DNA from: Eledone cirrhosa
Lineage: Eukaryota
Assembly: GCA_964016885.1 (NCBI GenBank)
Contig: OZ024742.1
Location: forward strand, 282,782,001 to 282,846,000
Length of the DNA stretch: 64,000 nucleotides
Reading direction: 5' to 3'
The position numbers and the translations under genes were made by a program. The notes under the pieces were generated by a model that was not told the origin of the DNA, did not search any database, and was given only the letters and a program-made list of their open reading frames with translations. Positions 25,096 through 39,011 of the stretch are shown here, piece by piece. Each line of letters opens with the position of its first letter. Within the stretch, counting starts at the first letter, position 1.

Positions 25096-25639
25096 GTATA
25101 TATATGTGTATATATATATGTATATGTGTATATATGTATATATATATGTATATATATATGTGTATATATATATGTATATGTATATATGTGTATGTATATA
25201 TGTATATATATATATATATGTATATGTATATGTGTATATATATATATGTATATGTATATATGTGTATGTATATATGTATATATATATATATATATATATG
25301 TATATGTATATGTGTATATAAATATATGTATATGTATATATGTGTATGTATATATGTATATATATATATATATATATGTATATGTATATATGTGTATATA
25401 TATATGTGTATGTATATATGTGTATATAGATATGTGTATATATATATGTATATGTATATATGTGTATATAGATATGTGTATATATATATGTATATGTATA
25501 TATGTGTATATAGATATGTGTATATATATATGTATATGTATATATGTGTATATAGATATGTGTATATATATATGTATATGTATATATGTGTATATAGATA
25601 TGTGTATATATATATGTATATGTATATATGTGTATATAG

Positions 25640-25718
<79 letters not shown>

Positions 25719-25785
25719 ATATATATATGTGTGTGTATATATATATATGTGTGTGTGTGTATCTGTGTATATATGTGTGTGTAAA
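24950..25785. repeat. Compound (TA)n/(TG)n satellite
   Basis: Direct reading; internal higher-order unit containing TAGATATG. Confidence 0.95.
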
Positions 25786-26689
25786 CATATCGTACGCACA
25801 AAAAGACTGGTAAGCTGAATCCAGTCTTGAATAAATATAATCACATGAATTCAGTATATTTTAAATAAATCACTTTAAAACATGCTGACAAGATTTCCAG
25901 AAAGGATGTTGGTCCAGGAATGTTGATTCACTTGGAAATGTTGTATTCAAACAATTTAAAAGAATTAAGCTTTGTAGAATTATGCAATGAGAAAATAAAT
26001 ACATATAGGACATGAAGTCAAATTTTATTCTTAAATTCTTTTGTATTTTCTTAGGAAACATCAATTCTTTTGAAGAGTGTTCTAATTTACATAATTACTA
26101 TAATTGAATTATTTTTCTAATAGCTAACCTTTGCCAATGACTATTGCAATGCTTAGGGGTATACAATGTTCTTAGTGTTTCTGTCTGGAACTTTAACAAA
26201 AAGCCATATCTATTACAGTATTTTGACTATCTATTACAGTATTATATTGAAAAGAGGCGCTTTTTGCAAAATTTCAGCTGATTTGGTGCAAACATTTGGC
26301 ACGCACTCACACACCACACAGCTGGCGAGGACATGTCTATATCATTTTCCTTTGTGACAATGATGGGGATGTGTTAAACCTCAATGTTTGTACCTATCAA
26401 ATGTGGGGTGAGATAATGTCTCAACGGGCGGGTATGCTTGCTTTCTATGTCCAACACATCCACGCCTTTCTCTTATACATTTAAATGTTGCTGCCATTAG
26501 ACTGAGTCCATACTGGGGCGCTTTTCTTGAAGGAATTCAGTCAATCGTATTGATCAAAGTATTTATTTTAGCGAACATTTTTGTAGAATCCCTAGGTTGC
26601 ATGACATAAACAAACAGTAAATGGACACACACATACCCATACACAACTCAACTATGTGTTTGATTTCTGTTGCTTTTTCTCATTACCTA

Positions 26690-27445
26690 TATAACAATAC
26701 CTGGTGCCGTAATCTAGGGGAGGTTTTGCTGCTATTTCTTGCATATCAAGTAACCATGTAGAGAAACCTAGCTTTTTATTTTACTTCAGAGTTTCGTCAT
26801 TAGATGGCGGCAACATAGGATATTACTCCATGCCAGAAGTTAACCACTTACTACACTAAAGTCGTTGTTTTTCTATTACGTATATACCAGTACCTGGTGT
26901 TGTAACCTAGAGGAAGATTTGGCTGCTAATCTAGAGGAAGATTTGGCTGCTATTTCTAGCATGTCATGTGACTTTGCTTTGTTTCAAGGTTCCACCTCCA
27001 GGTGGCAGCACTGGATAATATTACTCAATATCAGTATTGTACCTATCTAATGGAGTGTAAAATGGGCTGCCCAAAGGCTATTATTGCAAATCTTTAAGTC
27101 GGACGGGGAGAGTTGACAGGTCTGCACACTATGATGACGCTGAATCTCCCTGAGAACTATGTCATGAGTTCACATGTTTGTGAAATGATCAGCTACTTCA
27201 ACGTTAATTTCATGAGAAGTGTGCAGTTGTCGGAAACGTCAGCGACACAATAATAGATTTTCCCCAATAACTGGTGGTGTACGCTGGAGGAAGACTTCGA
27301 CTACTATTTCTAGCATTTTGAACCACCATGTAGAGAAGGTTACTTGTATGATTCAAACTTTCACCACCAGGTGGCAACACGAAGTATTACTAGCAAGATA
27401 TAACATTTAATTGCACTGCTTAAATGGTTGTTTTTCTATCGGGTT
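26690..27445 (+). promoter_or_regulatory. Three tandem units of about 190 bp, each with a co-oriented CTCF-like motif
   Basis: TCATTAGATGGCGGC 26797, CCTCCAGGTGGCAGCA 26995, CCACCAGGTGGCAACA 27364 at homologous positions. Confidence 0.45.
27098..27250 (+). mobile_element. Right end of the CAGACCTG MITE fused to a third-family SINE fragment
   Basis: GTCGGACGGGGAGAGTTGACAGGTCTG then ACGCTGAATCTCCCTGAGAACTA (as at 51680). Confidence 0.65.
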
Positions 27446-27690
27446 AGCTTTTTAAATGGAACATTCTCTTGAGTATAAATCATGTATCATTGCAGCTCAT
27501 ATTTCTTTACAGTGAATCGTTTGTGTTTGTTATTGCTATTGTTTGTAGTTGTCTTCTGTTTTTACTCTTCTGGAATGTTTTCTTTAAAAAGTGTCTGAGG
27601 TGTTTCTGTATTTATCTGTGTGTGTGTGTGTGTGTGTGTGTAGGGCGAGTAAAATTCCCGAGATAAATATATATGTTTCGAAAATATCCT

Positions 27691-27692
<2 letters not shown>

Positions 27693-27756
<64 letters not shown>

Positions 27757-27758
27757 TC

Positions 27759-27804
<46 letters not shown>

Positions 27805-27806
27805 TC

Positions 27807-27838
<32 letters not shown>

Positions 27839-28024
27839 ATTCATGTGTAAATATATATATATGTATATATATTCATGTGTATATATATATATGTATATAT
27901 ATTCATGTGTATATATATATATGTATATATATTCATGTGTATATATATATATGTATATATATTCATGTGTATATATATATATGTATATATATTCATGTGT
28001 ATATATATATATGTATATATATTC

Positions 28025-28056
<32 letters not shown>

Positions 28057-28060
28057 ATTC

Positions 28061-28098
<38 letters not shown>

Positions 28099-28101
28099 TC
28101 A

Positions 28102-28169
<68 letters not shown>

Positions 28170-28436
28170 AATGAATATATATATATATGAATGAATATAT
28201 ATGTATATATATTCATATGTATATAAATATATGTATATATGAATGAATATATATAATGTATATAAGTATTTATATGTATATACACATACATATATATAAT
28301 AATGTATATATGTATTTATATGTATATGCACATACATATATATAATAATGTATATATGTATTTAAATGTATAGACACAAACATATATATAATGTATATAT
28401 GTATTTATATGTACACACACATACACACACACACAA

Positions 28437-28514
<78 letters not shown>

Positions 28515-28515
28515 G
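27693..28515. repeat. (TA)n-based satellite with ATTCATGTG spacer units of about 30 bp
   Basis: Direct reading. Confidence 0.95.
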
Positions 28516-28840
28516 TCATTGTGTGTGCCTGTAAATAAATAGTGTTGCAAAAGCAATAATTTTCACCAGTATACACTGAATTTTTTTTTTCTCTTGTTAC
28601 AAATGTAATTTGTCAGCCATAGAAAATGAATTGTATTTATTTTTTAGTTAATTGTTTAACTGAATAGTAGAACACTAGCACACACTCTGACAATCAGACA
28701 CGTACACACACACACATTTACAATGATACATACAATGTACACTCTTACGTGCATCCTCTTTACAATCATACACATGCATACAACTACAAACTTATATACA
28801 TATACATCTCTTATGCAGAGCTAGATATATACACACAGAG

Positions 28841-28937
<97 letters not shown>

Positions 28938-29285
28938 TAAGTTTGTTTTGGTAAGAAAAAAAAAAATAGGAGTGCGCAGGAGAAAGCTCTCTACATTCGT
29001 AGTGTATAGTTACAATGGAGATTCAGTATAAGAATAACATTAAAAAAAGGTGTTGATATTACATATATCGTTTATTCCTTATAATTATTTCAATGGTTCC
29101 CTTATGAAATCCAAAATGTAACATATGCATTTGTTGTTGGTTTGTATGGGAGCGATATCTTCAGATGAAAAATCCGATTATGCGATATGCTGCAGTCATA
29201 GAAAACATGCCCCCCTTCTTGTGTGCCCGGCAAGCATAGCATATGAGTTCCTAACAGGGTCCTTCCAGCTATAGTGTTCACAATT

Positions 29286-29318
<33 letters not shown>

Positions 29319-29979
29319 GCACAATCTCAAGAAATGAAGTGTTATAATCTAATCACTATATGTTTATATATGTGTATGGGTGTAGTTGCATAGCTGAGTG
29401 GTTAAGCAATTCGCTGCGCAACCACGAGGTCATGGGTGCGATGTCAAAGCGGGCCATCTAGAGCGAGTATCTTTACCATATGCTCGATTCGAGCCGAACT
29501 TCGTCATCTACTAACGCACGTTGATTCTGATCTGGGGATAATCTTAAAAGCACTAGAATTTTTGGAATACTCAGCCATTTATTCGTTAATTGAACCTTTT
29601 AGCTATTCTGTTTACAGAACAACTAAATGCTCACTCACTAAGGCGGCGGAAGAGCGTGTTCCCCAATCAAAAATATAAATCTTCGAATTTTACTGATTTG
29701 ACAATTAGTGTGTGTGTATGTGTGTAAATCTCTGTATATATGTGTGTGTATATGCGTGTGTTTTACATGTGTTTATGTCGATCATCGGTAATATTAAGTT
29801 ATAACTAAAGTCGTTATCATTGAGATGTTCGACGTCGTAGATGTGATACTTTATGACTCAATACATAGAGGTTAGAATGGTAGCGGTTTGTTGCATAATT
29901 TTGGTGAAGTTATCGGGTGTGTTATAATCTCTCTCTCTCTTTCTCTCTATCTCTCTCTCTCTTTATCTCTCTCTCTCTC

Positions 29980-30014
<35 letters not shown>

Positions 30015-30224
30015 ACGATAAACCTACTTTAGTTTCCATTTCTCAAAATGAGAAACTTGGGCATTGTGATTATATATATATATATATGGTTTTTTTTATA
30101 TCCCACACGGATAGATAGATATATATATATAGGTGAGTGTGTGAGAGAGAGAGAGAGATAAAAAAAAACGACATATATAAAGTGGGGCGGAGGTAGATAG
30201 ATAAATAGGTCCAGATCGATTTGT

Positions 30225-30345
30225 TTCAAGTTCAATAAAACTATGCGTCATCGTGAGTAAGTTTCTTCTACTATAGCTTCGAATTAACCAATGCCTTGTG
30301 TGTAGAATTTTGATAGGCGGAAACTATAGAAGCCTGTCGTATATA
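30225..30345 (+). mobile_element. Second SINE family fragment
   Basis: TTCTTCTACTATAGCTTCGAATTAACCAATGCCTTGTG...GGAAACTATAGAAGCCTGTCG(TA)n. Confidence 0.65.
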
Positions 30346-30377
30346 TATATATACATATATATATTTATTTATATATA

Positions 30378-30470
30378 TAGGGTTTCCTAAAAAATGTATA
30401 CACCATTCATCAGCGTTCTAATAAATATTGCCTATTACAGATTGTGCATACATTTTTGGGTCACACCCTG
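30378..30470. mobile_element. Tiny Tc1/mariner-like MITE
   Basis: TAGGGTTTCCTAAAAAATGTATAC...GCATACATTTTTGGGTCACACCCTG|TA. Confidence 0.65.
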
Positions 30471-30992
30471 TATATTATGTGTTTGCTGAGTGTGTCCCGC
30501 ATAGTGTTTTATGAGATCGATAAAATAAGTAACTCATTGAAATAAGTACTGAGTTCGATATGATCAACTTTAATGTGGTGTCCCAGCATTTGTTGAAACA
30601 AAAATAAAATCGCATTTATATTCAACAGTAATAATTTTTACCACGATAATCCCCTCTTTCTCTAGCTCTCCTCTATTTATTTTTACCCTCCAATTCCATC
30701 CCAGGTCGCAACGTGGCTTTCGGTTTTCATTTTACTGTATTCATTCTAAATGGTCAGGTGTGTAATGTTGACTGTCCTGTCAAGACGTTGCGGCCCCTAT
30801 ATTTTCATTCCTTTTTGTTGCACACTGTCTTGTGTGTGTGAGTGACCGTCTACATTCAAACGACTGAATAACGATATGAATAATTTATTGTACATTTGTA
30901 TTTTATGTGTGCGATTTACATGGTCGTGCTTTGTCAGACGACTTCGTTTTTCACTCAGGTATATGTTTTCGTTCTCTTCTAGTTATACGTAA

Positions 30993-31310
30993 GCAGCGAA
31001 TTTGTAGACTCGTTAGAACGTCGGATAAAATTGTTTCGCCACGGTATTCGTTCCGGCGTTCGCTGCTTTGAGTTCAAATCGCGCCGAGGTCAACTTTGCC
31101 TTTCATCCTCTTGAGGTCGGTAAATAAAGTACCAGACCAGTACTGGGATTGATTCTTTTTCTATATTTCTTTCTCACTTCTTTTCTCTCACTCTATCTTA
31201 CCTTCTCTATAGGAAATCGACTGTTCAGACCTGGAGAGAGATGGGATCAGCCTAGTTTTAAAAAGATGCCGCCCTACGATACTATCAGGAGTTATGTCTC
31301 CATACATACA
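30993..31310 (+). mobile_element. tRNA-derived SINE with tail B ending in (CATA)n
   Basis: GAGTTCAAATC, GCCTTTCATCCTCTTGAGGTCGGTAAATAAAGTACCAG, then rc of the 1781/23484 tail. Confidence 0.8.
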
Positions 31311-31974
31311 TCTCGTTATACGTATATTTTGTTAATTTCTGGAACATTGTTAAATCAGTTGTTTGTTGCCCATCATCATGACATTGCCCGATGAAAGACT
31401 ACTGACGTGATGTTCCTAATTATCGTTTTCTCACTTCATTTCATTGTCTCCATGGTATTTTCTCGTCTTTCTTTTCATTTTACTGTCGTATATGTGTACT
31501 CACGCACAGATTAAGCGAATAAGCTGAAACTTCGAAGTCACTGTGGGTTTTTTTTTTATGAAAATATAAATTACACTGTATTTAAATGCATTGAGCGCTA
31601 ATTCAGAATGTTTCATGTCAAATGTATTTTAAACACTTATTCCAATGTGAATGTATGTGTGTAAACAATGTGAAACTCACCTCCCACTTTTCGCTCCTTT
31701 ATCTTCTATTTGGTACCTTTGAAATAATGATATGATTGAAGCAAAAATTCAATTTAAAGGGTTTTATAATTTCACACTAATAAACGTATATATATATATA
31801 TATGTGTGTGTGTATATATATGTGTGTGTGTGTATGTGTGTGTGTGTGTGCGTGCGTAGATGGCCAGATACATGTCTGTGTGTATGTGTTCTCCTCTCTC
31901 ATCCTCTTTCCATGTATATATATATATATTCATTAATATATATTAATATATAGATACACACACACACACACATA

Positions 31975-32048
31975 CAGGTTGTCCCAAAAAATGTATACAT
32001 ACTACAGCACCATTCTAATAAATGTGTATACATTTTTGGGACACCCTG
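31975..32048. mobile_element. 74-bp Tc1/mariner-like MITE with TA TSD
   Basis: TA|CAGGTTGTCCCAAAAAATGTATACA...TGTATACATTTTTGGGACACCCTG|TA. Confidence 0.8.
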
Positions 32049-32074
32049 TATATATGTATATATATATGTATATA

Positions 32075-32149
<75 letters not shown>

Positions 32150-32781
32150 TCTTATTTCTATAAAGCTGTATAAACGTGAATATGTTTCAATCGTATTACG
32201 ACACATACATTACCATTCACATCTGCATGCGCACGCACGCACACACACGTACACACACCAACACTAACATGCTCACTCAAGCACACACATTTTATGTATA
32301 TATATATATTCGTAATGAAAAATTGTTAGGAAATCTCAATTGATCTGTACAATGTTATATGTAAACAAGATGATCTTTACGGAAGTTTTGATGAGAGCGA
32401 GGGAAAAAAACGAATAGGAAAAAAGAATAAATGAGAGAGCAAGAAAGAGGAAAGGAAATTCTTGTCGAGTGAAAATTTTCTTATTTGACAGGGAAATGTT
32501 ATTTATGAATAATCTATTGAATATTTTAAACAATTTAAAATGGTTCTTAAGGAAGAGTTAATGGGGTGATATGTGTATGTATATATGTATGTATGTATTT
32601 ATGTGTATGCATATATGTATGTATATGTGTTAATGAATATATGTATGTGTTTTGTTATACATATGTACGTATGTGTGTGTGTGTATATATATATATATAA
32701 TGTTAATACCGTTGACCTACTGCTGAAGGAGAGCGCTATTATTGACAACTTCAGGTTTCTACTTTCAAACGTACAAGCATA

Positions 32782-32822
<41 letters not shown>

Positions 32823-33194
32823 TACATTTCAGATAAACCTCAGTTAATCGAATGTTAAATACAATAGACTTAAAATATGACCACCATTGGTATCAGTTGC
32901 TGTCGAGAATTTGATTCCATTGAAATTTGTCTGTATTTTACGATGGTTGTATTTATATACCTATTTAAACTGATTGATGTATATGTCTATAGAAGACTGC
33001 CAACTATTATAATAAAACATCCAATGTGTTGCTTTCACCAATTAACTTTAAAGATTAGATCTAATGCAAACGGGTCATATGGGCATTTTGGTTATGTCCG
33101 AGGGACGGCTGTGGTAGGTTAGAAAAGAATCAGCTGAAAAAAATGTCACGATAAATATCATAGCTACTGCACAAAAATCGAAACGAAAATAAAA

Positions 33195-33432
33195 GCGCCT
33201 TAGCTGAGCAATGAAAACACGCCTCTGGCTCTTTGCAGTCTATAAGTATCGCCTTAACTGAGCAATGAAAACACTGCTTCTGGTCCTCAGCAGTCCGTTA
33301 GTCGGTGTCACCTTAGCTAAGTAGTGAAAACATACCTTTGGCCCTCACCAGTCTTAGTCAGTGTCGCCGTAACTAAGCAAGAAAACATGCCTTTGGTCTT
33401 TGGTCCTCAGCAGTCTGTTAGCCAGTGTCATC
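33195..33432. repeat. Diverged tandem repeat of about 57 bp, 4 copies
   Basis: CGCCTTARCTGAGCAATGAAAACA...CTGGYCCTCAGCAGTC units. Confidence 0.85.
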
Positions 33433-33759
33433 CGGATGCCCGGACGGGTTTTTAGATCAAGTCCGCCTCTGGATTATATTCACTCTACTCAACATTATCA
33501 ATATTGTCCAAATGTTTTGATCATCTAATCTTATTTCAGTTCTCTCCCTTGGTGGTTGCATTTTAGATTTGAAGCGCCCCTACAGAGTTTCTATCTACTA
33601 ATTGGGCAATGTCATAGTTTCTCAACTCACTATTTCATACTTGAGAGATTTTAGTGAATTTCTTTACTGTTCGTATTGGCAGTATCTGCCCCCGTATGCC
33701 CTGAAGTATCCAGTCTGTTAAGACTGTCCATTATCAGTACTCATTGACAATCTCGTGCG

Positions 33760-33834
<75 letters not shown>

Positions 33835-33844
<10 letters not shown>

Positions 33845-34515
33845 GATCGAGTATCGAAATATCGGCGCACGAGTTCACGATAAACAATATTCGAAATGAG
33901 CGGCAGAGGGCTCAATAATTCAGATGAATCAGAGCTATAACTATCGTTAAAATACCGTCACACATAGAACAAGTCTAAAATCAACCATACGATAAAAAAT
34001 CGATAATAGAAGATTCGGGACAAACAGATAAAAAATATCAATAAAACAATACATCAATAATTTAAATGAATGTAAAATCATACCCGGACCCACTAGAAAG
34101 GTGTTAAATCTAGCTTCTTGGGTTTCTGTAAATCCTTAGACTGTACTCTATCAGCTCACATATAAATATATAAGACTACTAGAGCAAGCGGAATGGAGTT
34201 TACTTCATCAACGAGCTTTTTCCTAGCGGATAAGAGGCTAACTACAAGCGAAATACGCACATGGAATTCGACAAGGGAGACAACCTCTACATCCGCGAAA
34301 ACTATTCGAGGAAATGTGGAAATACACATATCGAATAAGAGTGCTCAATAGACATGTTAAAATAAAACAGGAGCTATTCATCACTCAATAGAATCGACAA
34401 AAAATGAGCAATAAAATTAACTGGTGGATAGCTATGTCCAGAGCTAAAAATATTAGAAAGATCGAGTATCGAAAAATCGGCGCACGAGTTCACGATAAAC
34501 AATATTCGAAATGAG
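33835..34515. mobile_element. (TA)n-embedded element with 66-bp terminal direct repeats (Penelope pLTR-like by inference)
   Basis: 33835-33900 equals 34450-34515 with one mismatch; long TA tracts directly on both sides. Confidence 0.7.
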
Positions 34516-34608
<93 letters not shown>

Positions 34609-35769
34609 ACACACTACAGTTATGTATCGACTTCCTTTTCAGTTTTTTATGAGTATACATAACGCGCGCGCGCGCGTGTGTGTGTGTGTGTGTGTGTGCG
34701 TGCGTGTACAGGCTAGCTAGTATTTCATCATTGACACCTTTAACGATGCGTGCTGTATCGACTGGCTACTTCGATTGCTTACTGGTGGCTGTATCTATCT
34801 ATCTATATATATATATATATAATATATGTCGGTGTCTTCGTGTGTCTGTGTGAAGTAAGGATGTGTTAGTGTCAATAAGTGCAAGTTATATTAGCTATAT
34901 TTCATTCAGATCTAGTATTATGATCTAGAATAGTACTAGTTACTTGTTTTGGAGGTGATTTGAGCGGAGTGGTGACTATTTCTAGTAGGTAGAGGTGTTA
35001 GTAGTAGCAATAGTGGTGGCTGCATTGGTAGTTGTTATATGGGTATGTTTTTATTCGAACAGCAAATCAGCGCTAACATCGCTAACATCGCTATCATCAA
35101 ACTACCCCCACCACCAAATTCCCACTAATTAACACCACCACCATCACCACTACTACATCTTACTACCCGCACCACCACCACCGTGGCAACACGTGTCTCC
35201 TCTCACTTATCCAATGACTAGGTCACTATGGTTCGTTCCAATAATCAAATTTTACCACCACCTCACAGAACAAATACTGGCTGGCGCTTGCTTTCGTCTT
35301 CTTATTGTTATTTTGTTTTACTCTTGTGTTTGTTTATTTTTGTTGTTTTGTGTATGTTTAGGAAGGTGTTAGGCAGTGAGTAGGGGTAGCAAGAGAGAAA
35401 GTGTAAGTGAGAAGAAGGGGTGGAAGATATTGAATGAGAGGGGAAGTGTAAGAAAAAGAGGTTTATGGGGAAATTGGAGCATGAGGGTGAAGGTAAGTAA
35501 AGAAAAATAGAAGAGGGGGAGAGGAGTGAGGTACTGGGTGAGAAAGAAGGAGTGAGAAAAATATAGAAGAGGGTGAGGAAAAGAGAGGTTTATGGAAAAC
35601 GAACGACGAATGAAGATACAAAAATAGAAAGAGAGAGAGAAAAATGATAAAACGACAGGTTGTGCGTATGTGCACCTGTCTCTGTGTGTGTGTAAACGCG
35701 TGTGTTTGTATCTGTATGTACGTGTGGCCATGTGTACATTGCGTGTATACTGCGTATATGTATACATAC

Positions 35770-35801
<32 letters not shown>

Positions 35802-36241
35802 GTACAAAGAGAAGGCAGATGTACACACATACATACAGAGAGAATTGAAGGAAGGCAAGGAGAAAAAGGAAAATAAATATTGTAAAATACATAAATAAAT
35901 AAATATATTCCGAAATGTCAGAAGTACTCAATTGCCTCAGTTTTGACTTAACAAATATAAACTGGGTTGGATTTTTGTGTTATTTTTACGTTAATTTTGT
36001 ACTTTTATAGCTTCTCAAGCAAAACCTGTCTTATTACCTTCCCCCTCTCTCTCTCCCTCCTTATCTCCCCCATCCTCCCTCTATTAACTGTGGCTTTCGT
36101 TAAGGGCCACTTCATAAATGTAACAGAGAAGTAAAACCATAATGGCGGGATTTGAACTCAGAAGTTAGAAAGCCGTTGTTCAATACTACAATGCATTTCA
36201 TCCGAAGCACTTACGTTTCTGCCCATCCACCACCCATATTG

Positions 36242-36435
36242 CAAACCTGTCAACTCTCCCCGTCCGACAGGGAGATCTCCCACCCACTTTGGGGTAGGTG
36301 AGTGATATCTTCTCTTGTGAAAATGGGTATAGTTTTCATTATGGAAAATCTCCCCATTTGCCCCATTTTCCCCCGCTTTGGGGGCACTTTTTTCATGCTA
36401 CTCTCTGTTTGGGTTTTTAGAGATTGGCAGGTCTA
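36242..36435 (-). mobile_element. CAGACCTG-TIR MITE with a 6-bp TSD ATATTG
   Basis: ATATTG at 36236-36241 and 36436-36441; rc of 52540-52736. Confidence 0.88.
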
Positions 36436-36449
36436 ATATTGAATTTTAA

Positions 36450-37043
36450 TTTCTGCTCAAAGCCAATAGTTTTGGGAGAAGGGCAAAGTTGCTTAAAACA
36501 ATCGCAGTATTTAGCTGGTAATATGTTTCATTGACTTCAAAAGGATGGGTAACAAAGTTGTCTTTCGAGAAATTCGAACTCAGAAAGTAAAGATAATTTA
36601 TCCAACGCTCTAACCGCTCTGCCAATCAACCGCCTTTAACAATCTATAGAAAAAAAGAGAAGCTGTTTCTCCGTCTTCCTGTCCATCACACATATCTGGA
36701 GAAAGAGTGAAAAGGGGAGGCAACCCACTTTTTAAGTTGAATGGAGATAACTTATGCCTTGCTTATAGTTTATTGCAAGGGTTAGAGGTAATAAGGTAGA
36801 GATCTGTAAGGAGTGGGGGGCCCTCAGTAATAATAATTGTTTTTAATATTGGCACAAGGCCAGCAATTTTGCGGAAAGCAGAAAGTTGATTAAAACAACT
36901 GAAATACTTGACAGGTGGTTGATTTCTTCGACCCAGGAAGGATGAAAGGTAAAGTTTACCTTGGCTGGATTCGAAAGTAAAGTCGGAACAAATACTGGTA
37001 AGAATTTGGCTGATGGACTAACCATTCTGCCAATCCACCGCTT
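36450..37043 (-). mobile_element. Two degenerate SINE copies (36450-36636, 36844-37043)
   Basis: GGCACAAGGCCAGCAATT tail, GGATGAAAGGTAAAG core rc, CTGCCAATCCACCGC head rc. Confidence 0.7.
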
Positions 37044-37238
37044 TTAATATTAATAATTTATTTATTATCCACAAGGGTTTACATGAAAAACGTGTAGTAG
37101 TTGTTAAGAACTATGTTATGGATAAACGTGTTTGTGGAATGCTCAGCCATTGGCGTGTTAATTTCACCTACAGACCGTTCTGTTGGTCAAACAACTAGAA
37201 AATTCGTCGTCAGAAGAAACAGTGGTACAGCAACAACG

Positions 37239-37271
<33 letters not shown>

Positions 37272-37910
37272 CATAATGGGTTCTAATTTAGGCACAATGC
37301 CATAATTTTTTAGTGGGGTGAGGGCTCATTACATTGGCATTCGCAGATTTTGAACTCAGAAGGTTAAAAGAGAGTGGATAAATACAATAACAATAATATT
37401 TAAATTCATTTTGAAATTTATTTCTTCGTGTCAAAATTTTCTACGCACTTTTTGCTCTTCTATGATATATTAGTTTCAAACCACGCTCTCAAACATTTTC
37501 ATCTCCTCGGTTACTTTACTTGATTTATTCAGTTATTGTTATAGTTAACTGCATTGTGGTGACTACAAATTTCCGAATAATTCGTAAGTTTATATATAAT
37601 ATAATATATGTGTGTGTGTATATATATATTTATATATATATATCGAATGTCTGTGTTAATGCCGTTCCATTCGACCATTTGGATGTTGCACAAGAGTTAC
37701 AACATCAGTATTTCTTGTATTTACTGCTTGTTCACCACACACACACACACACAAACACACACAAACACACACACACATGTATATATATATATATACATGG
37801 TTTAAGTTTAAGTACAGTTTTCTCAAGAGTGCATTCGACTTTTCTGTTCAATATCATTTCAATATTCTAAACTGATTAATTTTGAATGCAAATAAGGGAT
37901 GGGAAATTTG

Positions 37911-38032
<122 letters not shown>

Positions 38033-38211
38033 ATTAAGAGATATTTATGTGAGAGAGCAATTTCATGTAGTCTTGTTGATTTTTGCCAGGTTCATGTTTA
38101 GAGTGATGAGGGTCAGAGGCAGCGAGACATATACAGTGGGTAGACATCTTCAAAACATGGTGTGTATGTATGCGTTATATATATATATACATATTTGTGT
38201 GTGTGTGTGCG

Positions 38212-38254
<43 letters not shown>

Positions 38255-38424
38255 GAGAGAGAGAGAGAGGCATACTTACGCACACACGTATATATACATA
38301 CAAAAAAAACACACATATATACATATGTTTGTGTGTTTGTGTATTTAGGAATATTTCTTAATTCACATGTTTATATTTGTATATATATATATATATATAT
38401 ACATATACACATACATATTTGTGA

Positions 38425-38478
<54 letters not shown>

Positions 38479-38969
38479 ATATGAGAGAGAGAGGGGCATA
38501 CTTACGCAAACACACATATATATATGTGTGTTTGTGTATTTAGGAATATTTCTTAATTCACATGTTTGTGTATGTATATATATATATATATGTGTGTGTA
38601 TGTATCTGTGTGTGGGTATTTGTGAATGAATGTATATACATATGAGATACATACACACTAGTGAGTATAATACAACAGCATCTAGTTGTATCTTTGCCCT
38701 TCCAAAAGTACGTCCCTTCCACCTTTCAATTATACATACATTTCCCAACTCACTTCCTCTTCTCCTACACACCTCCCCACCAACACCACTAAATAAAAAC
38801 CCATCAATTGTATTGTATGTGTACTGGTTACATTACATTACAGCCCCTTGTCTTGATCCTGGCTCCAGTGATTATCAGGGTTTTTATTACGTCTTGGAGT
38901 TGCATTATGGCTGGTAAATTAACTGCACTTGTTTATCGGAGTAGTTATATTGGCAACATGCTGGGTACG

Positions 38970-39011
38970 GGGTCAGAGGTCATAGATCACATGGTCAAAT
39001 GGCAGAGGTCA
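38970..39011 (+). promoter_or_regulatory. Candidate nuclear-receptor response element cluster (DR1-DR1-DR2)
   Basis: GGGTCA-g-AGGTCA-t-AGATCA-ca-TGGTCA ... AGGTCA. Confidence 0.35.

Noticed and set aside
33195-33432. CRISPR-like array, or tandem hammerheads (minus-strand CTGCTGAG)
   Set aside because: Whole units are homologous with no unique spacers, the context is eukaryotic, the core lacks the invariant A of CUGA, and no GAAA follows a stem
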